In this document: one piece after another, positions 9,753 to 19,621 of the stretch
Layout: the number at the start of each line of letters is the position of its first letter
How positions within the stretch are numbered: position 1 is the stretch's first letter
Position numbers and translations under genes: made by a program
From: Porphyridium purpureum
Taxonomy: Eukaryota
Length of the DNA stretch: 64,000 nt
NCBI GenBank assembly: GCA_008690995.1
Contig: VRMN01000012.1
Span: forward strand, 310,001-374,000
Direction of reading: 5' to 3'
Notes under the pieces: generated by a model
Databases searched by the model: none
What the model was told of the DNA's origin: nothing
What the model saw: only the letters and a program-made list of their open reading frames with translations

Positions 9753-11123
9753 ATGTTTGTGAGCTGCGGTGGAGTGGTGGCATTCGCGCGTGCGTTCAGT
9801 TGGACTGCTGTCTCTGGGGTTGACGCGCAGTGGGAGAATAATCGCGCTGCGGGCTTCTGTTGTGATCGGAAGCGTGTGCACGTACCGCCTGCCTCGGGTG
9901 TGGATCAGCGTGGTAGAAGTGGATCTGGGCTAATACGGCGCCGGAACAGGCAGTCCTGTCCCGTGCAGAGAAGGCGACGTGGTCTTTTGCGAATGCAAGG
10001 AGTTGGTGCCGTGCAGGCTGAGAAAATGGACAATGCGCGTGGAAAGAAATGCGTGTTTGTGACCGGCGCGACAGGATTTATTGGGTTGAATTTGTGTCGC
10101 AGACTGGTGTTGGGTCCAAATTCAGGCTCGGGCGATAGTCCGGCACAGGGTGATCGCGTGGACTATGAAGTGCATGTGCTTGTACGTCGGGTGCCGGTTC
10201 AAGGTGAACTCGCCAAGCTGGCAGACGCGTCCAGCTCTTCGTCGTTGGTGGTTCATCAAGGTGACGTGACAGATTTGGCTTCCATCGAAGCCGCGCTACA
10301 AGCGGCATCCGTGACAGAGTGGGCATGTGTCTTTCACGTCGCTGGAATGATAGCCTACTCGGCAAAGTTCCGCGCGCAAATGGAGGCGATCAATGTCGAA
10401 GGCACGCGCAACGTATGCACGGCGATGCGCACACACGCTCCGCACGCGCGGTTGGTGTATGTATCCTCTGTGACCGCGGTGGGTGCGAATAAGCGACCGT
10501 CAGATCCTCCTCTGAATGAGGATGCGCCGTGGGATCAAGCGCTCGGCGACTCGGTCGGGTACATGTACACGAAACGCCTCGCGGAACAAGTCGTCGTGAG
10601 TGAGTTTAGCGAACTCAACAGCGTGGTGCTGTGCCCGAGCAACGTGTATGGAGCAGGCGATGCGAGCAAGTCGTCGCGCAAAACGCAGCTCAAGGCCGCG
10701 CGCGGAGAATGGCCTTTGTATACGAATGGCGGCGTGAGTCTCGTTGACATCCAGGCAATGGTAGAAGTGCTGATTACGTGCATGGATCCGCATCGCGGAC
10801 GTCAGGGCGAACGGTACATCATTTCGGGTGACAATGTGCGGATTTACGATATGCTGAGAATGTACAGTGAATGTGGCACCGGCTCGAAACAAAAAGCGCC
10901 GTGGCTGCTGCTCCCAAATTGGGCACTATGGCTGTTGTGTTTGCTTGGCGAAAAGACTGGAAGCTCGTCGTTCACATTGGAGCGAGCCACTGTATCAACA
11001 TTGTATCATTGGTTTGACAACGCCAAGGCAAAAGCTGAACTCGGGCTTCGCGTGAAACCGGCACACGAGTGCATCCAAGAAAGCGTCAATTGGATGCGAG
11101 AAACGGGCTTGCTCGATAAATAA
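9753..11123 (+). CDS. Extended SDR, NAD-dependent epimerase/dehydratase (dihydroflavonol reductase/HpnA-like), with transit-like N-terminus
   Basis: VTGATGFIG, VFHVAG, INVEGTRNV, YVSS, YMYTK (YxxxK), PSNVYG, GERYI. Confidence 0.88.
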   Translation: MFVSCGGVVAFARAFSWTAVSGVDAQWENNRAAGFCCDRKRVHVPPASGVDQRGRSGSGLIRRRNRQSCPVQRRRRGLLRMQGVGAVQAEKMDNARGKKCVFVTGATGFIGLNLCRRLVLGPNSGSGDSPAQGDRVDYEVHVLVRRVPVQGELAKLADASSSSSLVVHQGDVTDLASIEAALQAASVTEWACVFHVAGMIAYSAKFRAQMEAINVEGTRNVCTAMRTHAPHARLVYVSSVTAVGANKRPSDPPLNEDAPWDQALGDSVGYMYTKRLAEQVVVSEFSELNSVVLCPSNVYGAGDASKSSRKTQLKAARGEWPLYTNGGVSLVDIQAMVEVLITCMDPHRGRQGERYIISGDNVRIYDMLRMYSECGTGSKQKAPWLLLPNWALWLLCLLGEKTGSSSFTLERATVSTLYHWFDNAKAKAELGLRVKPAHECIQESVNWMRETGLLDK

Positions 11124-11133
11124 ATCGCGCTTT

Positions 11134-12576
11134 TCATCGTTGTTGCAACCGGATGCTGTACCGCGCCTCTTCCAGGTCGCAAAGCGCTATGGCGTACGCT
11201 AGCTTGGTCGTTTTCAGCTCCTCAATAGCGTCTAAAAACTTGGTATCCTTCTCGAGCTGCTTCGTGAGGCGCTGAATGTCTCGCTTGACCTGCTCCGCTT
11301 GATCTGGACGGCCAGATCCTGATCGGGTGGACGCTTTGTCACCGGCGTCACCGAGCTCCTGCTCTATCGTGTAAATATTTGACTCGAGCAGTTCATTCTT
11401 CTCCACTAGGACGCGCAATTGTTTTTCCAGATCTGCAATCGACAGCTTGTCACAATCTTCAACGTCCTGGAGGTCCATTTCTTGTTGCACCATGCGCATC
11501 TCCCGCTCCACCCTTGCGGTCGCATCTGCAATGCTGTGCGTGGCGTCCAGGATCCGCTTGTTTTCCTCTTCAAGCTCCTGCAGCCTCTGTTGCGCATCTC
11601 GTACAGCAGCCACGTTACCGGATGACTCTGACGCCTGGACATGGTCAAGCGCGATTTTCGACCCTTTTGTGCTGCTTTGCTCATGCTCGCTTGTTTGCAA
11701 AGAAACGGCTCTTCCCATCTCATTCAGCACGGATGAGCCTGGTTTGTCATGCGGCGATTGCCCATCGTCCAAAAGATCATCCAGATCTTCCACATTATTC
11801 AGCCACTCGTCACTGTCCGCGATGGACGTTCCGCCCAAAAAGGATGAAGATCCGTCGTCGACATCGTCGTCGCCACCCGCCTTTTTTCTGCCAAACAACG
11901 ACTTGCCGCTCTTTGAGCGACCTCGGCCCCACCTCGAGCTGTGCACAGAACTGCCGCTTGAAAGGGCCTTGCCTGATTTTATGCCAGGCTTGGCGGTGTC
12001 GACGAGGCGTGACTTGACTTTGAGGAAGAGCACCGAGCCATTTGATAAGGTCAATCGTTCTGTCACGCTCCCGCTGGGAACGCGCGCCCATTTTGAAGCA
12101 TCCACATGAACTTTACCGACGGTTTTACCGTTTGCTTCGTGCGTGCGCAGCGCCACTTTCAGGTCCTTCTCCAAGAAGACCACCTGGTCCTTACCCTTTT
12201 CATTTCCCGACGCCAGCGGAGAATGCAGACTCCCGGACGCGCGCTGCATTTGCATCGCCTTTTTCAACAGGTACAAGCGCTGCTCCTCTGCCTCTGCGTC
12301 CTGCAGCGGCTCGCCAAACAGCGTCAAGTCGAGCGCAATGGTTTCAGAAAACGACACCGCGACGGTTGCTGCCTTGGATGACGGACACGTCACGCAGGAC
12401 GTCGCGTACACATGATCGCGTTTCTGAACAACAACAAGCAACGGCACTCCTGCATACGCCTGCGCATGAACCTTGTCCACATGCTCCACAACCACCTCGA
12501 ACACAAACTTGAAGCTGGCCTTTTGCACGTGCGACAGCGACGCTCCAGCCCGACCCAGCTTGTCCTTGATCATCAT
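11134..12576 (-). CDS. NT-C2 (EEIG1/EHBP1-type) domain protein with C-terminal coiled coil
   Basis: KFVFEVVVEHV...FSETIALDLTL...FLEKDLKVAL...KTVGKVHVDASKW, followed by a heptad-rich C-terminus. Confidence 0.7.
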   Translation of the reverse strand: MMIKDKLGRAGASLSHVQKASFKFVFEVVVEHVDKVHAQAYAGVPLLVVVQKRDHVYATSCVTCPSSKAATVAVSFSETIALDLTLFGEPLQDAEAEEQRLYLLKKAMQMQRASGSLHSPLASGNEKGKDQVVFLEKDLKVALRTHEANGKTVGKVHVDASKWARVPSGSVTERLTLSNGSVLFLKVKSRLVDTAKPGIKSGKALSSGSSVHSSRWGRGRSKSGKSLFGRKKAGGDDDVDDGSSSFLGGTSIADSDEWLNNVEDLDDLLDDGQSPHDKPGSSVLNEMGRAVSLQTSEHEQSSTKGSKIALDHVQASESSGNVAAVRDAQQRLQELEEENKRILDATHSIADATARVEREMRMVQQEMDLQDVEDCDKLSIADLEKQLRVLVEKNELLESNIYTIEQELGDAGDKASTRSGSGRPDQAEQVKRDIQRLTKQLEKDTKFLDAIEELKTTKLAYAIALCDLEEARYSIRLQQR

Positions 12577-13709
12577 ATGTGTGTGTGTGCGCAACGCTGT
12601 GTCCACCGTGCGCTAATACATCGCCACTGGAACTGACATCCACTAGACGTCTCTTCCTCTTCCTGCCTCTCTACTTCTCCTTCTCTCGCGCGCACCGTCA
12701 AAAGTTCACGTAACGCTCTTTTTGTTCATAAAAAACACGGCGTTTTACTATATCTTCTTCGGACAACACGCAACACGTCGTCCTATCTAAATAACGCAAG
12801 TTTAATAGATATGTAAAGTATAGTGGGTACAGTCATTGAGTGCGTTTGAGGCGTGAAGCCGCGTGTGTCGCAGGCGAGCAGTCGCAGCTCCAAGGCGAAG
12901 ACAGTCGCGACTGGCAACGCACGCAAGGCAGTTGAGTGTGCTGGTGTTTATTCTTTACGGTGTCTGAACGCCACTGACGACATGATTCACAGAATCTGAA
13001 CAGAACGGCATCCATTCGCGCCACTCGTTCTCGCCAATCCTCCAGAACGTAAGACAGAAACAAGATGGGTTCAGCAGGTATCGATACCTTGCAGAGAATG
13101 AGGCGACGGAGTAGGCATGCAGGAGACATTATGAAAGATGTTCGTGACTCATTGCCATGTCTGTTGCGTCCGTCCGTGAGCTAGGACCAAAAGAGCGGCG
13201 GTCGCGGCACCAAGATGCGCGCACGCGCCCGCTCGCGGGACGAGGCGACGCGCGCAGAGTTCAAGAAGAGGTACAGTCACATAACGCAGACGTACAGTTT
13301 TATCTATACTAAACTGGCATTGTTTATTAGTAGAGATAAGATGTTCTATTACAGTGGCGTTATTTATATAGACGTGGCCGCGAATCGACGCGCGTGGTGG
13401 CGTGCAGGTGGAAGAGGAGAAAAAGGAAGAGAAGAGAGAGAGAAGAGAGGAGGAAACAGAGAAGAGAAGAGCGTTCGAGCGAGCTGTGCGACGTGTGTTG
13501 CGTGAGCGCAACAGTCTAACACGCGCGCTCGACTTGGGTGTTGAAGGTTCTGTGTCAAAGTGGGACAAAAGGGTCTGGAAAGTAGAGAGAACTGGGAGAC
13601 TGCGCGGTGGCCATCGAGTTCGAGTTGGAAGTCTGAGACCGGTATTTTGTGGGCTGCTGGTGTTTAGGTGCTGAGGGAAGGGTTTGGAGGGTTGGTTTGA
13701 GGACGTGTG

Positions 13710-16700
13710 ATGCCGGAACTGGCCAGTCGGTACCTTCCTGTTCCGCAGAATATTGCGGATGATTTGGATATTGATGAGGTGGTGAGCGATGAGGATGAGC
13801 CGTACCTTCCACTCGGGCTGGGCGCGCATTTTGATTCGCCCGAGTTTCAAGGGCCGGTATGGACAAGATGGTTTTTCACATGGCTCACTCCACTATTGAG
13901 TTATGGGCGCACGCAGCCGCTCGAGTTGGAGGATCTGTGGAGTCTGGATCCCCAAGATAAAGCCGATGTGGCCGTGGACTTGTTGCAAGAGGCCGTGCAG
14001 ACACCGCAGCAGAAGAGCGCGCCGAGCCGGACGCAGAGAACTGGCGAGGACGGCGTGGAAATGCATTCCTTTTTGAACGACGACACGTCTGACGCTGCGC
14101 CTGCCGGGCCCGGAAACGGCGACTGGTCGCTTGCGGCCAGAATCTGGGAGAATTACCGTGTCGCGTTTTTATGGGGCGCGCCGATCAAGCTGGTGTATGA
14201 TGGACTCAACTTTATCGGTCCCTTCGTCCTTCATGGGCTCTTGAGCTGTCTCGCCGACCCAGACAGCGGGATGCTGCAGCCGGTGCTGTACTCGCTGTTG
14301 CTGTTTGTCTCGGCGGGCGTGCAATCGGTGCTTCTGCACCAGTATTTTTTGAACATGTATCGCGTGGGCATCCAGATTCGCACCGCGCTGGTGTCTGCTT
14401 GCTACCGCAAGGGCATTGAGCTGAGCACAAGCTCCCGAAATGAGTACACCACGGGCGAGATTGTGAATCTGGCCGCCATTGACGCGCAGGCCGTTGGGCC
14501 CAAGCTCACGCCTTACTTGCACTTGATCTGGAGCGGCCCGCTGCAAATCGCATTTGCTATATATCTGTTGTACCAAGTGATCGGCTCCGCTGCACTGGCA
14601 GGCTTTGCGCTCATGGTGCTGCTCCTGCCGCTCAATATCTACTTGGCGCGCGTGGAGAAGCGGTTCAAGGAGGCACTCATGACAGCAAAGGACCGCAGAA
14701 TCCGTCTCATGAATGAGCTTGTCAATAGCATCAAGCAAATCAAGCAGAGCGCGTGGGAAGACTCTTTCGAAGCTCGGGTGCTTGAGATTCGCAAGGATGA
14801 AATGATTGCGCTGCGTAACGTGCAGCTGCTCGACGGCGTCACTACCTTTATTTGGCAGTTCTCGCCCATTGCTGTCTCTGCCGTGAGTTTCACGGTGCTC
14901 GCCAACACGAATGGAACAGGAGCAGATGCCAGTGCGGGCTCATTGACACCAGCAACCGCATTCTCGGCGCTGGCGCTCTTCAATATCTTGAGGTTCCCGC
15001 TCAACATGTTTCCGAATCTGATTTCGTCGCTGATCGAGACACGCGTGTCTGTGCGACGCATCGAGAGATTTCTAAAGTCTCAGAGCGTCGGTGGTAGCTG
15101 CATCGCGGACAACGAGGCAAGCACGTACGTCGAGCGAAACAGCGCGTACTTTTCAGAGCAAAAGGCTAGAGTGGCTCGGAGCGCCCGCGGAAGTATCCGC
15201 GTGCGAGGCTCATTTTCGTGGGGAGGGGACTCTGGCGCTGTGCTGAAATCGGTGGATCTTAAGATTCCGGAAGGTTCCCTCGTTTTTGTGGTCGGACGTG
15301 TTGGCAGTGCAAAGTCCAGCCTACTCGCCGCGCTCCTAGGTGAGCTCGAACAAGTACCGTCAGATGAGGAAAATACACAGAGCATGGTGAATGTGAACGG
15401 CACTGTTGCATACGCAGCGCAGACCCCGTGGATTTTGAATGACTCGATCCGAAACAATATCACACTCGAGTTTGATGCGCATTGGTACGGGGATGAACAC
15501 GACAGTCGCCGATTCCGTCAACGGCTAAAGCGCTACAATGCGGTGATTGAGGCGTGCGCGTTGACATCGGATCTCGCGCAGATGCAGGACGGCAGCGAGA
15601 CGGAAATTGGAGAAAAGGGTATCAACCTTTCTGGAGGTCAGAAGGCGCGCGTTGCGCTCGCACGCGCCGTGTACCGAAGCGCTGACGTTTATCTGCTCGA
15701 CGACCCACTTTCTGCGGTTGATCCGGGAGTGGCGCGTCACCTCTTCGAGCAAGTCGTCTGCGGTGAGCTGATCAGGCATAAAACGCGCGTGCTCGTCACG
15801 CACCACACCGAGTTTGTGGCGCATGCTGACCTTGTGGTGGTCATGGAGGAAGGTCGCGTTGTGCAGTTTGGGCGTCCGGACCAGGTCTCGGTGGCAGGAC
15901 TGGTACAAGAAGACCGACCAGGTGACAGTTTAGCAGCGCCCGTGCGTGGAGCAGAGGTCAATGGACCACGTGCAGAGTCGGAGCTGTCGCGCTCAGCCGC
16001 GAATGGTGTTCACGTGGCGATGGACGCTCCGCCCTTGTCTTTCACGATTGACGAAGAGGACGAGCATGACCAGATTCAAGTCCTTCAGGACCCCACCGTA
16101 GGCGGCGAGACCAAGGGTAATGGCGGCGCTTTCTCGGTCGAATCGCGAAGCAGTGGAGAGCTAGAAGAGGATGAGGCCTTTTATACGGTCAAGACGATGA
16201 CGCTCGGCAACTCGATTAATCATGCGCCTGTGCTCGCCGACCTACATGCCGTGGAGATTGCTGCGCATCGAGCAGAGCGCGACATGGCAGCAGAGCGCGA
16301 GCGTTTGGAACGCCAGAAGAATCAGAGACAACCGCGGCAGAGCCACGCGCGGGTGCGGAAGCACAAGAAGCTGGTGCAGGATGAAGAGCGCGCGAGAGGG
16401 CAAGTGTCTGCCAGTGTTTACTGGATGTACTTTGAATCGATTGGCATTGCACTCTTTTTTGTGATTGTGGCGTCGGGTATCTTTTCCGAGGCTACGCGCG
16501 TGAGCGTGGACGGCTGGCTTTCGCACTGGAGCGACACCGCAGTCGATGCTGCTGCCACCAACTCGTCTTACTCCGTCCCTTTCTATGTGCGGATGTACAT
16601 GACGCTTGCGTTTATCACCGCGCTGGCGGTGCTATTCCGATGTCTGGTAGTGGCACTGGGCGGACTTCGCGCGGCAGGGCGTCTTCACGACCGCATGCTG

Positions 16701-18230
16701 AGCTCGGTGCTGCGCGCGCCCATGCGCTTCTTTGACGTCACACCGACCGGCCGGATTTTGAATCGCTTTGCCAAGGATCAAGCCGCACTCGATGAGGACC
16801 TTCCGGATGCTCTGGGCAGTTGGCTGAACACGCTGATGGCCGTCGTATTCACGCTCGGCATCGTGTTGTTTGTGACGTGGCAAGTGATATTCTTGCTGAT
16901 CCCGCTCGGATTCTTGTACGTGTACGTGTCTGGCTTTTACCTGATGAGCTCACGTGAAATCAAGCGGATCGAAAGCATTGCAAAGTCGCCGCTGCTCGCG
17001 TACTTTGGCGAAAGCATCAACGGCGCAACCACCATTCGCGCCTTTGGCATGACTCGCGAATTCGTGCTTGTGATGCAGCACCGCCTCGACAACATGAACC
17101 GCCCAACTTATTTCAGTGTCGCGTCGAACCGATGGCTGGCGTTGCGTCTGGAATTTGTGGGCTCGTGTGTAGTCTCGTTTGCGTGCCTGGCATGCGCGTT
17201 CATGAAAAACTCGCTTGACGCCGGGCTCGCGGGACTCAGCATTTCGTATGCGCTCAAGATCACGGGCACGCTCTCGTGGATGGTGCGCATGGCAACAGAC
17301 GCCGAAACGCAGATGAACAGCGTGGAGCGCGTGGAGCAGTACAGCTTGATTGAAGGTGAAGGCGAGATCAAGGATATTCCTGCGGTGGATAATGCGCTTC
17401 TTCAGTCCGGTTGGCCTGCTCGCGGGGATATTATGTTTGAGAATGTGTACATGTCGTACGCGAAAGAGCTGGCTCCGGCGCTGCGCGGCGTGTCCATGAA
17501 TATCAAGGGCGGAACCAAAGTGGGCGTGATTGGACGCACGGGCGCAGGGAAGTCGTCGCTGAGCGTGGCGCTCTTTCGCTTGGCGCCCGGGCTGAAATCT
17601 GGCGCGATCCGAATAGACAATGTCGACATCCAGACCGTCGGACTCAACGTGCTGCGGTCCAAGATAGTCATTATCGCGCAAGACCCGATTCTGTTCACGG
17701 GCACGCTTCGCGAGAACCTAGACCCGTTTTGCGTGCACTCAGACGCGGTCATCTGGCAGGCGCTAGAGGATGCCAGCATGAAAGCGCATGTGCAAAGCCT
17801 TCCAGACCAACTGGACGCTGTGGTGGCAGACCAGGGCAACAACTGGAGTGGCGGCGAGCGCCAGCTCTTATGCCTGGCTCGCGCACTGCTGAGAAGGGCG
17901 AAAATCACCGTCTTGGATGAGGCCACCGCCGCAGTTGACCTCGAGACCGACGCGCTGATTCAGCAGACCATTCGTAGATGCTTCAAGGAATCCACGGTGA
18001 TTACCATCGCGCACCGCTTGCGCACCATTATCGATAGCGACGAGGTGGTGTGCATGAGCGACGGGCGCGTTGTGGAGTCTGGCAAGCCCAGCGAATTGCT
18101 GCGCGATGAGCAGTCTGAATTTTCGCTCATTGTCCGACATCTCGGCGAAGAGGAGGGTGTGCAGCTTCGACAAATGGCACAAGAATCAGACATCGCGAAA
18201 ATGCACGAACTCCAAAGCATCCAGCTTTAA
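13710..18230 (+). CDS. ABCC: ABC transporter C family (MRP-type), short form without TMD0
   Basis: Lasso WFFTWLTPLL..G...L..EDLW; TMD1; NBD1 (EIGEKGINLSGGQKAR, YLLDDPLSAVD); TMD2 (FFDVTPTGRILNRF); NBD2 (GRTGAGKS, NWSGGERQ, LDEATA). Confidence 0.96.
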   Translation: MPELASRYLPVPQNIADDLDIDEVVSDEDEPYLPLGLGAHFDSPEFQGPVWTRWFFTWLTPLLSYGRTQPLELEDLWSLDPQDKADVAVDLLQEAVQTPQQKSAPSRTQRTGEDGVEMHSFLNDDTSDAAPAGPGNGDWSLAARIWENYRVAFLWGAPIKLVYDGLNFIGPFVLHGLLSCLADPDSGMLQPVLYSLLLFVSAGVQSVLLHQYFLNMYRVGIQIRTALVSACYRKGIELSTSSRNEYTTGEIVNLAAIDAQAVGPKLTPYLHLIWSGPLQIAFAIYLLYQVIGSAALAGFALMVLLLPLNIYLARVEKRFKEALMTAKDRRIRLMNELVNSIKQIKQSAWEDSFEARVLEIRKDEMIALRNVQLLDGVTTFIWQFSPIAVSAVSFTVLANTNGTGADASAGSLTPATAFSALALFNILRFPLNMFPNLISSLIETRVSVRRIERFLKSQSVGGSCIADNEASTYVERNSAYFSEQKARVARSARGSIRVRGSFSWGGDSGAVLKSVDLKIPEGSLVFVVGRVGSAKSSLLAALLGELEQVPSDEENTQSMVNVNGTVAYAAQTPWILNDSIRNNITLEFDAHWYGDEHDSRRFRQRLKRYNAVIEACALTSDLAQMQDGSETEIGEKGINLSGGQKARVALARAVYRSADVYLLDDPLSAVDPGVARHLFEQVVCGELIRHKTRVLVTHHTEFVAHADLVVVMEEGRVVQFGRPDQVSVAGLVQEDRPGDSLAAPVRGAEVNGPRAESELSRSAANGVHVAMDAPPLSFTIDEEDEHDQIQVLQDPTVGGETKGNGGAFSVESRSSGELEEDEAFYTVKTMTLGNSINHAPVLADLHAVEIAAHRAERDMAAERERLERQKNQRQPRQSHARVRKHKKLVQDEERARGQVSASVYWMYFESIGIALFFVIVASGIFSEATRVSVDGWLSHWSDTAVDAAATNSSYSVPFYVRMYMTLAFITALAVLFRCLVVALGGLRAAGRLHDRMLSSVLRAPMRFFDVTPTGRILNRFAKDQAALDEDLPDALGSWLNTLMAVVFTLGIVLFVTWQVIFLLIPLGFLYVYVSGFYLMSSREIKRIESIAKSPLLAYFGESINGATTIRAFGMTREFVLVMQHRLDNMNRPTYFSVASNRWLALRLEFVGSCVVSFACLACAFMKNSLDAGLAGLSISYALKITGTLSWMVRMATDAETQMNSVERVEQYSLIEGEGEIKDIPAVDNALLQSGWPARGDIMFENVYMSYAKELAPALRGVSMNIKGGTKVGVIGRTGAGKSSLSVALFRLAPGLKSGAIRIDNVDIQTVGLNVLRSKIVIIAQDPILFTGTLRENLDPFCVHSDAVIWQALEDASMKAHVQSLPDQLDAVVADQGNNWSGGERQLLCLARALLRRAKITVLDEATAAVDLETDALIQQTIRRCFKESTVITIAHRLRTIIDSDEVVCMSDGRVVESGKPSELLRDEQSEFSLIVRHLGEEEGVQLRQMAQESDIAKMHELQSIQL

Positions 18231-18376
18231 AGCGTGCGGGTATGTAGAGCATCAGAAAACGCCCACGCAGAGAGATATTTGCGTCGTCGTTTGCTATTAT
18301 CTCCAAAGCCCGCACAGATTCTGAAACAACACCACCGTGTCACGACCACGAGCGTCTTGTCCAGCTCACAACGCGG

Positions 18377-19357
18377 ATGAGCGGAGCAACTGCGGTGCGC
18401 GCGATGAGAAAGAGGGCCAAGTATGGCGCTATTGAAATAAATCTCACGTCCCAACCGGGCGCGAGCGATGTGAGCCGTCGCTCTTTTGTTTCAGCTCCTA
18501 GTTGCTCCGTGTCGGCCCCGGTCGACGCGCGACCGGAAGATACTGCGGCGAGATGTGATGTGCGCGGCAGCTCAGGGACCGCGAACCCCCAGACAAGTAA
18601 AGTAGGGGCAACACATGAAGGAGAACAGCGAGACGACAGTGACGCACAGCAAACGGTCCCTGCGCCGGCGGCAACGTTTGAGACACAGGATGAAGATGGA
18701 GACAACGAGGAAAACGACGGGCGCAAAGTATTCATTCGAGGCTTTGGCAGTTCGAAGTCGCGAACACTGTCAGGACATCGCGCGCGCACGGCCAAAGAGA
18801 GCGACGACATCGAAGACGATGGAGTTGAAAGTGAGCCTGCGAGGCTGAGTGCCGAGACTTTGGAAGCCGGCGACCTGCATCGACGGTTTTTCAATGCGTC
18901 GCACCTGGCTCGACTTTCGAAAGGTGCAGGACAACAAATACCTGAAGAACACGAAGGTCGCGATGACAGCATGGATTCCAAGCAACGTGAGGAGCCAACT
19001 GTGGAGGAGTTTGGGCTGCGTATGCTTGCCTACATGGGATACACAGCGTCGAAGGACTATGTGGCTGCTGCACGAGACGAAGGTCTGAATGCCCGACCGT
19101 CTCGATTAGGCGTGGGTGCATCTTTGTCCGCAGCTCCCTCGGACTTTGACCAGCAAGCGTCTCTTGCAACGCCGACACTTGATGCCGGCGAAAGCGAGGG
19201 CCGCGCCGCCGAGTATAAGGGGAAAGCTGGTGATGTGCTGCCCGCGGAAAGCGGCAAGGGACCGGCTCTGCCTGTCGTCTTTGGCATCACCTCGGAATCA
19301 AGCGTGGACGAGGATCTGAACCCGGACCTCAGCACAATGTTGCAGCGTGAGGATTAG
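18377..19357 (+). CDS. G-patch protein, Spp2/MOS2-like (splicing helicase cofactor family)
   Basis: VEEFGLRMLAYMGY...RPSRLGVGA G-patch within a low-complexity context. Confidence 0.65.
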   Translation: MSGATAVRAMRKRAKYGAIEINLTSQPGASDVSRRSFVSAPSCSVSAPVDARPEDTAARCDVRGSSGTANPQTSKVGATHEGEQRDDSDAQQTVPAPAATFETQDEDGDNEENDGRKVFIRGFGSSKSRTLSGHRARTAKESDDIEDDGVESEPARLSAETLEAGDLHRRFFNASHLARLSKGAGQQIPEEHEGRDDSMDSKQREEPTVEEFGLRMLAYMGYTASKDYVAAARDEGLNARPSRLGVGASLSAAPSDFDQQASLATPTLDAGESEGRAAEYKGKAGDVLPAESGKGPALPVVFGITSESSVDEDLNPDLSTMLQRED

Positions 19358-19621
19358 TACCTGCTACCAGGCAGAGGCCTGCCTCACTATCGGCGTTCGC
19401 ATTGGGTGAGAGACACAAGTACATGCAACCTCACAATACAAACTTATATAAAAAAAAGAAAGGGAAAAGTATATTCAAGAATCATGCCTCTGCGCTTTGT
19501 CTGCTCGCCACTCTCGCTCCGCGCGCTCCACACGCTGCTTACGCATCCATCGCGTGGGGTACACATGCACACACAAAGCGACGCGAGACGCCTATGCTCT
19601 GGAAGCGTTCCTATTTCTCGA

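Noticed and set aside
12737..12752. U5 loop-1-like GCGTTTTACTA (similar strings at about 9606 and 47891 on the minus strand)
   Set aside because: Mismatch in the invariant loop, no closing stem and no Sm site in context.
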